NCBI GenBank assembly: GCA_947581825.1
Contig: CANPVP010000007.1
Location: forward strand, 7,543 to 71,542
Length of the DNA stretch: 64,000 bases
Reading direction: 5' to 3'
Source of the DNA: an uncultured Clostridia bacterium
GTDB lineage: Bacteria > Bacillota > Clostridia > TANB77 > CAG-508
Program-made: the position numbers and the translations under genes
Notes under the pieces: generated by a model
What the model saw: only the letters and a program-made list of their open reading frames with translations
The model's database searches: none
What the model was told of the DNA's origin: nothing
In this document: piece after piece, positions 15,001 through 22,200 of the stretch
Position numbering within the stretch: the stretch's first letter is position 1
How the letters are laid out: every line of letters starts with the position of its first letter

Positions 15001-15856
15001 TACAAGTTCTGGAAATTCTAATGTAGATGCTTCTTACAAAGATGGACGTGCAATAGGGCAAGTAGGAAGAGTACAATGGAGTAAGGATTCTATTGCAGGA
15101 GAAAATGGAAATGGCAACAGAGGATACATTTGGATACAAAGATCAGAAGAAGAAATTGTAGGTGCTACATTAGAAATTACTTATAATATAAAAGTTAAAA
15201 ACGAAGAAGATGAAGCAACTAGAAAAGATCAATGGGTAACTATTGTAGATTATGTTCAAGAGGGTATGACATATTCTGATGAGAATAATACTGGTAATGG
15301 ATGGAATCTTCAAAAGGCTACAACTAAAGACAATAAGTCTTCAATTGGTAATATTTATATAAACAAAAATATTGACTTGACAAATGTAAGCACAGTAGTA
15401 ACACAAGACGTAGAATTACAAAATGGAGAATCAAAAGATATTAAGATTACATTAACAAAAACTCTAAATTCTTATAGTAATACTGATATTGATGCATATA
15501 CAAACTATGTAGAAGTAATATTAACAGCAACACCTGATATGGCTAAGAGTGACAAGAATTCTATACCAGGAAACTTCGATCCAAGTCAAGAAACAACATT
15601 AGAAGGAAACTTAGGAACAATATATGATTTACATCAGAATAGACGTGAAATAGAAGAAATACCATATGATCACCCAACTGAAGAAAGAACAACAATGAGA
15701 TTGGAAAGAGATACAGCAAAAGCACTAGAAACAATAAGTATTACAGCGGAAACTGGTGAGAATAGAAATACAGTATATTACATCTTGGCATTCGCAATAA
15801 TAGCAGTATTTGCAACAGGTATAGGAATAATTATTAAAAAAGTAATTAAGAAATAA
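1..15856 (+). CDS. Giant cell-surface fibrillar adhesin-like protein, 5'-partial (reading frame open from nt 2 to the window edge, so the true start lies upstream of the window). Tandem SpaA/Cna-B-type isopeptide domains, SdrD-B-like domains, conserved C-terminal module and a C-terminal TM anchor.
   Basis: 15.6-kb uninterrupted ORF in frame 2 with no in-frame stop from nt 2. Recurrent Cna-B/SpaA signatures, for example KKVDSNGKPVAGIKFTG, TEDRAPANY and LVEEKPPKDY (E-x-x-AP-x-GY type). SdrD-B-like segments such as KITGSVFDDIEGNGWKDEND...TDEDGKYEF...GYYKVKF. C-terminus ends ...ITAETGENRNTVYYILAFAIIAVFATGIGIIIKKVIKK, a hydrophobic helix plus basic tail. Colinear with gene 2 from about nt 22600 onward. 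Confidence 0.85.
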   Translation, partial: VNTNGKYKDGEQTFTLVLTEQESGRYIPLEHDIEIEYTCKYDTTNDKWETKYTKVKYGDKQAEVKVQNSEAQNLTGLLDTDELGLYQKGTDIYVVNKPDFNPAQILLQKKDEEGNLINGITFKGKVEQVNPIEGEKADAVNFEVTTGESKDANGNILQGVALIDNINLSREIKITIESEAWKDKNNKQPLEFPTEPIVITGIEVYDDWEGNIGYKKIRTKDDSGKITVQIGEQEAQTIDVNNKDEASENLVSFTGNDSNVVTFYITNKNKTYDLDGKDADTGIPFPYKVERDILGNEKNVTEGITFTGRIEDSNGEILQDPVTVQFKQNVNSSADGANGEVGIEAKDINGKISVKEGEQEEEYKLIIKENNVSSNNTDAVTVIYTCKYNSDEDEFTSKIKAYEYNGKRYDFNKNMEEVKKDLIPGEVKDDGARININDLYVPIRKFDEYGNLINGVVFKGKIKVNIEKDENGHPKDFNLKEEYDFITVTGGQYWNDETKQMETAPDGVAVIPIPSEVKGDFTITIDEEYWGTYKENKWTTEKGKLPDGQFPLEFVKGVVEIGGYGIKEETKNDITERTVTYNGTTVKYTLNGSEENSEPIEVENYKAVTTDEKGYIRFINNELRYDLKKSTETGEGNNLFDDKFLETSYGYRTKIKEGIYFTGYIVDETKYDEKGNIIKPSVTLQEGRSTKDPEDKNKVTVALDKDTGAIVATGIKGSIAGIDENKTFKFVLEELSSNGENGTLNVVPIDPIVVEYTCKYDRENEKFETAITAYEYKGKKYRMSDIQEQTTVEKDIIPGLVCVKEEESSITDKIGLINHEKTIDIPLVKKDEAGRLVNGIKFTGKIIALDEEYKDENGKPVFETTEETNNNEQPTTKRKSMNFEVVTGEVPTKDSIKLDGSKNEANNSEDKNFTDEDGKPMYTARDGVALIPQIPYTGKVKIIIEKEEWADEDYKPAPGDPDLEFIDGQIEVTFSIVKDKNGEKHINYNGGMQIEVKDRNGQNITNDYMDPKNNQHKIIVGPNYLGKDEKDFAFGISVTNKFKSYDVPIALKVIEEDTNAENEENNENKNIVTVNNKKYRQPTKEEAKEIKFRAEVTDSSGTVVQTLLPLTPDDMAKADAVGIGIEVKDIDSDGKEEAVIIAKGIKGSINKGEDLIIKLQEVYSGGLEPIPDIKVHYKIENGEAKITKYECNGQTDECKQQNNGTCKIKDLIYVSEDGKYALVNKPETGEGPKETTPILTIKKVMNVDGHEVGVPGIYFKIRVCTEECKNDCKDPDKCSCQEGEEPCEKCFDYTAISQAYGLTTFKLTDFAKNKEDITTGKVKVIILEERLATEEDKAKIKENSEETSEDEKTAEVAPYTTEQPGEVKLEFIKNPIVINGIEIKNGEEENGDKQCKVDYTNATVADTNSNVSFDNQVGMQIVFTNKEATFDLDLFKGKMINYIGELEQIYKGVEFEADVVRAEDIKAENIAEVSLQHIVSTTDESTAENTGDNGNLATTGIETNNGKIQIKGIKGTFASESNEEQQENAQQYAVVLRETASEISDAKDMPTMAIVFESKCTTGTDGKCTFTPTIKEYKWQDDNGWHTLNALQNLERDENGNLEQVLVTNRMLRKIENGKEETYIVNTPPTTIIGGGYLPTTVDIPLVKYDENGNLVNGVKFSGHIEVGNQQKMKFSTITGEVPTTTIANGFENVYVARDGVAIIPKIPFTGEVKVVIEKEEWASDAYKPSAGYPDLEFIDGKIEITLTINEDEKGNKHIQQGGISIAVKGKDDKDITDQYIDRKNGNNKVLVGLNSLNKDDNEDNEELLFGIKITNKIKTYDLPIALKVIAEDNENANGANTIKVGDKTYRTPSTEEAKELRFSAEVLDSTGTVVQNLLPLTPEQMQNADAVGIGIATKGSDNKTEAVITAKGIKGSIVGDNLTIRLHEENSAGLEPIPDIDVHYKTIGDDAPKVTSYQCGEKTVENSAPTNGEQCNIEDLIYVSEDGKYALVNKPGTGGGPKETTPELTIKKVINVDGHEVGVPGVHFKIRVCTPECKNDCTDVAKCGCENNNDCDKCYDYEAVSKAGGLATFELTDFSKDTTAQNIDNLKVIILEEKLATEEEKAQLAKEGVEPYTTENPGDVKLEFIKNPITINGIQLKNATEGKKTQCTVDYTNATVADENSNVRIDNNAGMQIVFTNTEATYDLKLFDSKLVYEDNKLKQIYKGVEFEADIVRVEDINAENIAEKSLQHFVSEKAKATANNTGKNGDLGTVGLDESNGQIKLKGVKGTLEGDNGQEYAVMLKETSSEVSDADDMPTMVIVYKCTCTTDGNGKCQFKPEIEEYKWQDDEGWHSLNPTQNIQTGENGQIEKNEIIVDGRVKIQVLDDNNKVVSLINDGGKIELSTSESIKLTKKDSNGNTVGGIEFKGKVIALNADGTPKKEAMSDEQGNIIQGTKNIEYEFDVITDNKGTALIYTPDAKEMPKYEGKIKVVIEDEKWAASVTEPPYKLGFADEIIEITGLELKTETTGQLKNGKIVHTRVIYPEQLTVTSYKKGENGTKTEATNTYKDKVSLGKDSVIGIEIENSILDYDVDLFDAKILKYGEHYEQLNSDVTFSGRIIGYKGKDSKQEAKDYDVEVKLIEENDTTSGQQGTANGKKGKIVAKGINGEITGSGIYLELIEKSINYDVEDVTVIIKYDYTPDAQGKGTPVIKEYRKWKDGVKGEAKGNVSDNTTDLICNAEGDDNAKALIGEMIYKNYSDTAKNSLVNIVTPNPLDLQIKKVDSNGKPVAGIKFTGRIIAVDDKGEARKEKDAQGKEVEIKKEFTTSIANSEEPLQWITSDSDGVASLHLTSEEVNKFAGKIKIEIDSEEWSTDEKDPLRVDSSKRTPLDFIDGKIEITGKKIDVQKDKTSSIINAENNGTPTVKIMKDKEDVTEKYKDRVNANSNEIALSMKNIIKEYDLKLFNKKIINVNGEEIQIKGAITFTGEIKQNDQTYPITIAFGPETDGAIIAKGIRGEIVGDNIKLSVKEAKTIPGIVPVDFDIVYSCTYNDGKFETTISKKTIKDQNTGETLKEINGTNENGDVLEEDITKDGVELQIRKVDEHNVPVAGIKFSGTITSEENNGGKITFSTKATDENGITTIIISKADIEQYIKLGRFNVVIDKEEWDNGAEAKWNAIAGNADRKLQFITSPVTISGYKLFETWDGNYAHRSVDFSGISCEDTEHVELEKDTVTIKFKNNDLTYNIPFIKTDKLLTNDNQDSAEKLKEVSFDISIKESDEDNNPQRFYTTSDDNGRFDIEGVSKFGDNVTLTLKEITSENETAQMLDEPIIITYKTVISNGKVSLENVKINGKEIDAPSDDQVNKTDIEEEKENNIQKIDVQQDEGIVLAGFNVVNFKKYRITIDKDLKVEDTTIDATESVGFKGIITTDPSKVNGNNTIMSYKDFESKLETWKNSSDKDVIYFDGHTTGGKLEIPKDIDFYDKQVYVYFIEYDVPATMTEINEVMWASFNKRITNAEANSASSAGNVEITNTDTLNISIKVVNQAKSYNVNFKKIDAQDPNRQIDYSNAKFTVQLKALKEDNSATEVVDTMDIEFNGLGKIKEQTKPGKYLVDAKFEDNQIKIDVNKFGNLQLVVTEDRAPANYQKLDTDIVINYKANAEASEKDKIITDVQLEKNTNPSIKDKINAKPNAKGNDVSLDFTLPNYPNEYSLTIKKKSRTNPDSILNNIQFQLLFYKNSDNKERFEYLEKTLYVVNGGKVTVDGLKEYGANYMVLHETETDGKVVKLPGYHVFNVEAVVGQKPKLTYLGMFKSDKEKEADYTIEEIDSKFKEQDISKLDKAYSSYFKTDENSVEVGSLVVGNDEPKLYDIDILKIAEEKDAKTGKSNPLEGAIFNLYLTKSDEDYATGENLLDVKYRRQTTPVDGLISIKQLDKYSDKYGDLKLTLVEEKPPKDYKTVFSKIEVTYNTTDGKTIEIKSIKVFDANNKEMSDYKKYVNITNGSTDKKIEESKIEISVLNPHKKSVPLGIKKVYYEETIENGQRTKKEKPISNATFSGVVYEIGNPDDKTPFTSKPTGEDGTVKLGDFYVEGEIEVVIEEISSPDGFEKIPKTTIECYVGEENKATKIDKKYEISTNAIESIEYTNNMNLLKVVDTPIFETDISLAGIVWEDRPTTLSEKEEADYTVVDGNKYVAGEGFYDEGIDKLITSKNADGDATSEVNDVVDGMIVTLHKLERNDKNEWREKNEYTGFAKVTTGDTGRYEFRELDPFAKYYITFKMEGKYNSEDYEHVHFLVEKLNVSGEGDNKTVTIDDYNSIVEAKAANNLESWKRNSKAVADGVESGNGVDPNISTTTQTRNARGNKNGVNKMDNIQKYPVDDYFTIVDKEKYIDENGEYKGAYVLFNVDVTDSQKSNQTIVYADYSTSGKEEDKIEFSSLDPWHDYINYGIVEKPKFDLSLSKDVEELSVKVNDKTMKYIYGNKIDSGHMYTLEINEADISKLADMKIIYKIVVKNESVNPGYLNSIADYYNSDLMKFESWSLDGKNYGKTGVTETEETGLVPEQYITGVVDADGNSTGGTLTVNGANTKRVLIQIPDAEEGNKDKNRTIYSGDENAKTILITYQYDTNKLKENDSLFGKIAKAGDSYVTLGPAEIYSSNSLGGRRDINSINGNLSSKFTGIYNEQLKTFYTNYDNEGAYYQDLRHSLEGETDKDDEDVAPALKILIADPGNRKITGSVFDDIEGNGWKDENDINIKGIKVELYKCDENGNIREDAKPVQSTQTDEDGKYEFVGIETGYYKVKFTYGDENTLLPKLYTSTYNNDLLKYVQELQELPEWNDEENNTIYPRNNENSYNGLEYEDSTQNKIIEYNRGDEYWYKQNRDEAYSDAEDEDASRKKADTTLNESEYSTTTNYYFMDNAKAELLYSYRGDITQEEVQEYIRKLKENSVTATTEKFKINIMDTDSDELTYVTTTESGETQYTDGEHIIDTGCEAQIDFGVKQRPKTNLKVEKTVDNVKIFTSSGNSNVDASYKDGRAIGQVGRVQWSKDSIAGENGNGNRGYIWIQRSEEEIVGATLEITYNIKVKNEEDEATRKDQWVTIVDYVQEGMTYSDENNTGNGWNLQKATTKDNKSSIGNIYINKNIDLTNVSTVVTQDVELQNGESKDIKITLTKTLNSYSNTDIDAYTNYVEVILTATPDMAKSDKNSIPGNFDPSQETTLEGNLGTIYDLHQNRREIEEIPYDHPTEERTTMRLERDTAKALETISITAETGENRNTVYYILAFAIIAVFATGIGIIIKKVIKK
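2470..4929 (+). repeat. Intragenic tandem repeat unit, copy a (about 2.46 kb, roughly 820 aa, multi-domain module containing the 7-Cys insert).
   Basis: Begins gatattcctttagttaaa (DIPLVKKDEAG...) and is colinear, domain for domain, with nt 4930-7090. Stretches are nearly identical at nucleotide level, for example 3628-3710 versus 5938-6020. Confidence 0.8.
4930..7090 (+). repeat. Intragenic tandem repeat unit, copy b.
   Basis: Begins with the identical gatattcctttagttaaa (DIPLVKYDENG...). Same domain order as copy a: VTGEVPT..., ARDGVA.IP, KIRVC-Cys cluster, YAVxLxET..., KEYKWQDDxGWH. Confidence 0.8.
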
Positions 15857-15886
15857 TAGTTACTGTAAATAATAATAAACCTAAAC

Positions 15887-15913
15887 AAAAAAACGAGCTT
15901 TGCTCGTTTTTTT
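15887..15913 (+). terminator. Rho-independent terminator of giant gene 1.
   Basis: aaaaaaacgagc-ttt-gctcgttttttt: perfect GC-containing stem with a 3-nt loop followed by a T7 run, 31 nt after the stop at 15854-15856. Confidence 0.8.
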
Positions 15914-16233
15914 GTTACCTCCAACTATTTGTTTTTATATTATATTATCAAAATTTTCATCAGCTTTTTTGGACAAAAAAAACGCAAAACTGGCTTTTCC
16001 CTAAGTATAGTGACATTTCAAATAAGCCAATGTAATGAAAAAATAATATAAATGAAACATTATGACATCAAACCCGCATCCGTAAAGACTTAGAGAGAAT
16101 ATTACTATATAATATATTGAAAAAAAAATTACAAAATGCAAAAATATCTATAAGTATGTTGCTAATTAACATAAAAATAATCGACAGCGATAAACACTAA
16201 ATTTAATACTAAAAGAGAGTAGTATTAAAATGA

Positions 16234-16240
16234 AAGGAGC
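16234..16240 (+). promoter_or_regulatory. Ribosome-binding site of giant gene 2.
   Basis: aaaggag located 6 nt upstream of ATG 16246. Confidence 0.7.
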
Positions 16241-16245
16241 AAAAA

Positions 16246-19200
16246 ATGGAAAGGATAAAACAAAAACTACTAGCAATAATCCTAATAATAATAGCTGGAA
16301 TAGTAGGATACCAAGCATATGTTATGGCACATGGATATCCAAGAGCAATTGGACAGGGTGTACCATTTTGGTCAAATGGATCTATGGTGTATTGTAGAGA
16401 GCATAACAATGGTTGGGGCTATGGACAAGGAGCTGCTGATAGAGCATCCTATTATGTATGCGTTGGCGAAGTTAGCACGGTGGCTAAACAAGCTGATGGA
16501 CTAGCATATTATGTATCTAGAGCAAGTGCAAGAAGTATACAGGATTTAATATGGAGTAAAAGTGGATCTAGTGCAGGACAATCAATAATAAATATGGGAA
16601 CTGATTTTAGAAGTTGGTTTGCACCATGGGGCAGTGATAATTTTGCAAATTTATTTTCTATAAATGAAGGAAATAAAGAAACAGGAAATGAAGAAAAAAA
16701 TTCAGCTTCAATGGAGGCTTTACGCAAAGATGTTACTGTTAAAGTTGTTGATGAACTTCCTGACTGGTTTTTTACAAATGTAAATGCTGGTTCTGTAGGA
16801 GAAAGTGATAAAAAGAATAATAGTACAGCTCTTTCTGATAGTGAAATAAACGTGATTATTAAGGAATATGAAAAAAATCACACAAAGGAAGAAACAGAAG
16901 CTTTTAAAAAAGAATTAAAAGATGCACAAAATAACGAGAAAATAATCGAAACAACAGTAAACAAGGTAATTAATACTATAAAAGCAAAGAGTATAGACAT
17001 AAATAGATTTACTGAAGAGCAGAGTAATGAACTTAAGGCAGAAATTCAAAAAGAAGAAGGTATAAAAAATAGTATTATTCCAAGTAAGAAAAAAGAAATT
17101 GAGCAACAAATTAAAAATAAAGAGAGAGAAAATGTAAATGATATAAATAAAGTAGCAACTGAAGAAGTAACAGAAGATATTTTACAAAGAGCAGTAACAA
17201 AAATTGAATTAGAGCAAAATGAAAAAGAAGAAGAGAAAATAGAAAAAGAATTAAAGAAAATAGAAGAACTTTTAGAAAAAGAAAATTTACAACAAGATTT
17301 AAGAATAATAAAAGAAGATTTAAAGACTATAAGAGATAATTGGAATACTACAAAAGAAAAGTACAAAGCAAATCAAATAAGTGTAGAAGATTATAAGAAA
17401 ATAGAAGATGAATACTATAACAAAGTATTAAAAGATATACAAACAATTTTAGTAAATAATTATGAAAATACTGAAGAGTTGAATCAATATAAAGGAAATC
17501 AAGATGCAAGTGAAGAAGAATCTTATAATTTAGTAGACTTAATAGTAGAACAATCAGGCAAAATAAGTGATATATCTTATGATGAATATAAATATTTATA
17601 TGATATGCATAAATTATTTCAATTTTTTGGTAGTTACAAAAACCAAGCAAATACCTTTTTAGATGGAAATGTAAATTCAGAATCATGGAATTTATTATTA
17701 AGACATTTAAATAGTTATTCATCAGATGGTACAAGTAATTTATTAAGAAAAGTAGATAAAAATATCTCAATGGCTGATAAAAATTCTACAACATATGTTT
17801 CAAATGTAACTCAACTTGATCAATCTAAAATAGTTTCAGTAGAAAGTAAAGATAATTCATATGGAACTGCTGTAGACATTTATGCACATTATCAATTAAA
17901 TTTAACAAGCGAACAACAAGCAAAATTGAATAGCATGAATAATGAAAATGAGAAAAGAGAATATCAGAAAACAATTGGACAAACATTATGGGCTTATCAA
18001 TCAGATAGAAAAAAAGATAAAGATGGAAAAGAGATTACACATCAAATAACAATAGATGGACAACAAAAAACTTATTATGAATATGAAAAAATATATTTTG
18101 AAGATCAAGCAGATTCTGTTGTTTCTTTCTTTAGTGAAGAACTACTTTGTATAGGAACAGACGATCAAGATGGTGTAATTGGTACAAATGCAAGCGAAAC
18201 TAGTGCTTTATTAAAATATATTGAATGCTTTAAAGATGATGCAAAGGGTACTACAGAGTTTTGTTCGTTTATAAAGAATAAATATCCTAATTTAGCAAAA
18301 CAATTATCAGAAGCAAAAGGAAGTAATTTAAGCGAAAGAATAATAAATTTATATAATAAATATACAAGCAAAATAACAAATATCTGCCAAGAAGATAATT
18401 CAGAACATTACTATGTATATAAAAATAAAGTGGAAGAAAATTATTGGGATCTTAATTGGGGAGATACAAAAAAAGCAGCTAGATTATATCAATGGTTGAT
18501 GACAAGAGATGCAGAAGGTGTAACTAACATAGATAAAATAGCAGGTCAATTTTCAATTGATGATACTGATGCAAGGGTTTCAATAGATAGAGTAAGTGGA
18601 AAATATCTTATTGGACCATATACAATAAATTATTCAACTTTGATATTAAATGGTGAGAAATTATTAGGAATAGATGATTTTTCAGTATTGTTATCAATGG
18701 GAGAGAATGGAAAAGAAGTAAATAAAGTTCTAACTCAAGGAGATGGAAAAGACCAATATAATATAGTTTGTATGAAAGGTACAACAAGAAATATTAAAAA
18801 TAAAGATGGAAAAACTATAGAAGTTCCTAAGAGTGGAAATTCATTCTTTATTGAATTAGATAAAGATGTAAAAGGTAATGGAAAACGTTTAACAGAAAAT
18901 GATATATTTAAATTTAATATTTCATATGAATACTTAAAGCAAATAAATGCAACAGTTCACTTATTAAGAGATAGTGCAAGTGATGCATCTAGTGGTACTC
19001 CTGATATATGGAATTCTTCTCACCCTCAAAGATTAATGACATTTACTTGGAGATCAGAAAGAGATTATATTGATAAGTCTATTGCAACTAGTACAAGAGA
19101 GTATGACTTTAAATTGAGAAAAACTGATAAAGAAACAGGTAAAGGTGTTAATGGTGGTAAATATATTGCTGCTGCAAAATATAAAAATTCAAAAGATGGT

Positions 19201-22200
19201 TCAATTGCATATTTTGATTTAGAAAGACAAATTAAAAGTTATAATAGTTTTGAAGAATTTAAGGCTGCGGCAGAAGCTCAAGATGTGTCAACATATATTT
19301 CTGAGTCTCAGCCAGAAGGTAATGGATATATTTTATGGAATGATATTCCAGAAAGTATAGCAGAAGTTGAGAGAACAACCGAAGATGGTACAGTGATTTT
19401 ATCTTCTGATAAAATTTGGACTTTAGAATGTATAGAGGTTGAAGAGATAGAAGCACCAAATGGATATAGTATTCCTACTATAGATGAAATTAAAGTTTCA
19501 AATGGATGTACAATAAATAATAAAGGAAGTTATTATACAGTAAGTATACCTACAAGTAGTTCTGAAGGAGAAATTACTTGGCCAGAGCCATCAGTTCCTA
19601 AAGATTATTACATACCAATTAAAAAAGTTGATAATAATGGAAAGCCAATTGATGATTTAAAATTAGAATATTGGTTTGCAGATTTGACTGTTGCTTCTGG
19701 TGAGTGGGATAGTCAAAATTGGAAATACGGATCTGGCAATCGTCAACAGGCAATTACAGGACACCGAATCTATGCTGAAAAAGGAAAAAAACCAGGAAAG
19801 CAATTAAATGGTATGGCATATCTTACAAATAATATGTATAGTGATGCTATTCTTCTAGTAATAGAAGAAAAACCAGCAGAAGGATATGATTATCAATATT
19901 TTCAAAAGATAGCAATGGTATATTCAGCTAAGCAAGGGGCTAAAGGACCAGAGATTAAATTCTTAAAAGCAGAAGATATAAAAAATACTATTGCAAAACA
20001 AAACTTGGCAAACTGGGAAAATGAAGCTGAAAGAGAAGTTATTCAAAATAATAATTGGGAAAACGGTGTGCTTTTTGTTAAAGATAAAACAGGAAGTATA
20101 ATAGAAAGTTCAGCAAAGAAAGTTGAAGGAAAAGAAGGACAAGGAATTTACGTAAATGCGGAAGTGACCTTAGAGGAGCTTAATAATGAAATTGTTGAGA
20201 TTATAAATGATGAAATTCCTCCATATAGTTTAGAATTATTTAAATTTGAAGATAGTGGAGAATACAATCCTAACTTAGCAGGAACTAGGTTTAAAGTTTG
20301 GATTACAATGGGTAATAGAGAAGAGGCAGCATATGAAAAAGAAATAACAGTAAAAGAAGAAAAAGATGAAAATGGTAAGAAAATATATGTTGCTAAAGCT
20401 GAAGGAATAAGAATTTATGGAGATAATTTAGCATTACATATACAAGAAAAATATGCAAAACCTGGTTTTGAATCTAAATTAACAGTAAAAACTATTGCTT
20501 TAATATATAAAGCACAAGTTGTATTTGAAAACGGAAAAGTAAAACCAAAATTAACTATACTAGAAAATACACCTAATGAGAGCTTATTTGTATCAAATAA
20601 TTCTAACTTGCCAGATGAGTTTAACGGACATCCAATTACAGTAGTGAACGAAGATACAATATCTGGTATCTGTGTAGGAATAGAAAATGAAAGAGCACCT
20701 CATTATTTAAGATTCTTTAAAGCAGATGAAGATGGAAAACCTTTAGCAGGTGCAACATTTACATTAGCAAATAAAGATCCAAGAGAGGAAGGCTTCAATA
20801 GTTCAAATGAAATAGGAACAGATACAAGTGACACAGATGGATATATGGAATTTGCAATACCTTCTGAAGTAAAAGGTGAAAATAAAGAATATACACTTTA
20901 CTTGTATGAAAATAGTTCTGGAGACGGACATATATATTCTGATACAAGCAAAAACAATCCTGTCATTATTAAATATCAATATGTAGCAGGAGATGACAGC
21001 ATAACAGGTTTATCAATTATACATAATGGAAAAGACCTTACAGATAATTGGACAAAAGTACAAAACAAAGAATTTACAAAAGAAAATAAAAAATTACATT
21101 GTCAACAAACAGTACAAGATCAAGAAAGAACAAAAGAAGATGGTACAAAAGAAACAGTAAAAGTAAATGTAAATTCTATAAAAAATAATGGATATATATT
21201 TGATTTTGGAAACTTAAAAGAGATATTCTTGTTAACAAATAACCCTGTACCATATTCATTAGATTGGGATAAAGTTGAAGCTGAAACAGATATACCTCTT
21301 GGAAATGCAAAATTTGAAGTAAGCATTGTTCAATCTGATGGAGACCTAAGTAATACTATTAAAGAAATTGTTGAAGACCTTGCAAAAGATAATACTTATA
21401 TCTTACCATCAGGAGTTAGGTTTGCAAAATATAAAAATGATGATACAGAACTACCAATTAAAAATCTTGGTAAATTAATAAATGATGGTAAACAAGAAGG
21501 TCAAGATATAGTTTCAAATAATGAAGAAGGAGAAAATAAAGGTAGAGTTTCAGTAGATAATATTGTAACTTATGGAGAATGTTATGCATTTATTAAAGAA
21601 ATTCAAACTGTTGGAGCACATCAACTACTAAATGACATAATAGTTGTACATTATAAAATAAATAAAGGTGAAACAAAACCAACTATTTTAGATGATATTT
21701 ATGTTTATACACCAGCAAGTAATGATAAAGAAGCAAAAGTAACTAAATATTTAAGATCAAATGGTGTATATAAAGATGATAATGGTAAAGTTTATACAAA
21801 TGTTTCAATGGATGGAAATACTTTACAAATAATTAACCAGAAAGCTCCATATTCATTAGAAATTAACAAAACTAATGCATTAAGTGGTAGACCAATTAAA
21901 GATGTAGCATTTAGAGCAATAATACGTCATAAAAATGAAAATGGTGAACCTAAAGTAGTTGATATATCACGCACTACTGAGAGCGGAAAAATTACTATAA
22001 ATGATATTTATGAATATAGTGTAAATGACAATGATTTAATTACATTAGAGCTATATGAAACAGTACCAGAATATTATAATTATTTTGATAAAAATAAGGC
22101 TAGCGAATTAGTATATATTGCTGATTACATTAAGAAAGGAGCAAATGAACCATTACAACAAAAAACTGGATATATGATAATAAATCCAATAACAGGCGAA

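Noticed and set aside
310-15139. Dozens of 60-170-aa minus-strand ORFs tiled across the giant genes (for example 310-762 and 26295-26696).
   Set aside because: Same antisense artefact with Phe/Ser/Leu-rich nonsense peptides. They overlap a strongly supported sense CDS.
16319-16504. 61-aa plus-strand ORF overlapping the 5' end of gene 2 in another frame.
   Set aside because: It lies wholly inside the well-supported head-domain coding region. It has no independent RBS, and its openness is explained by the locally higher GC.
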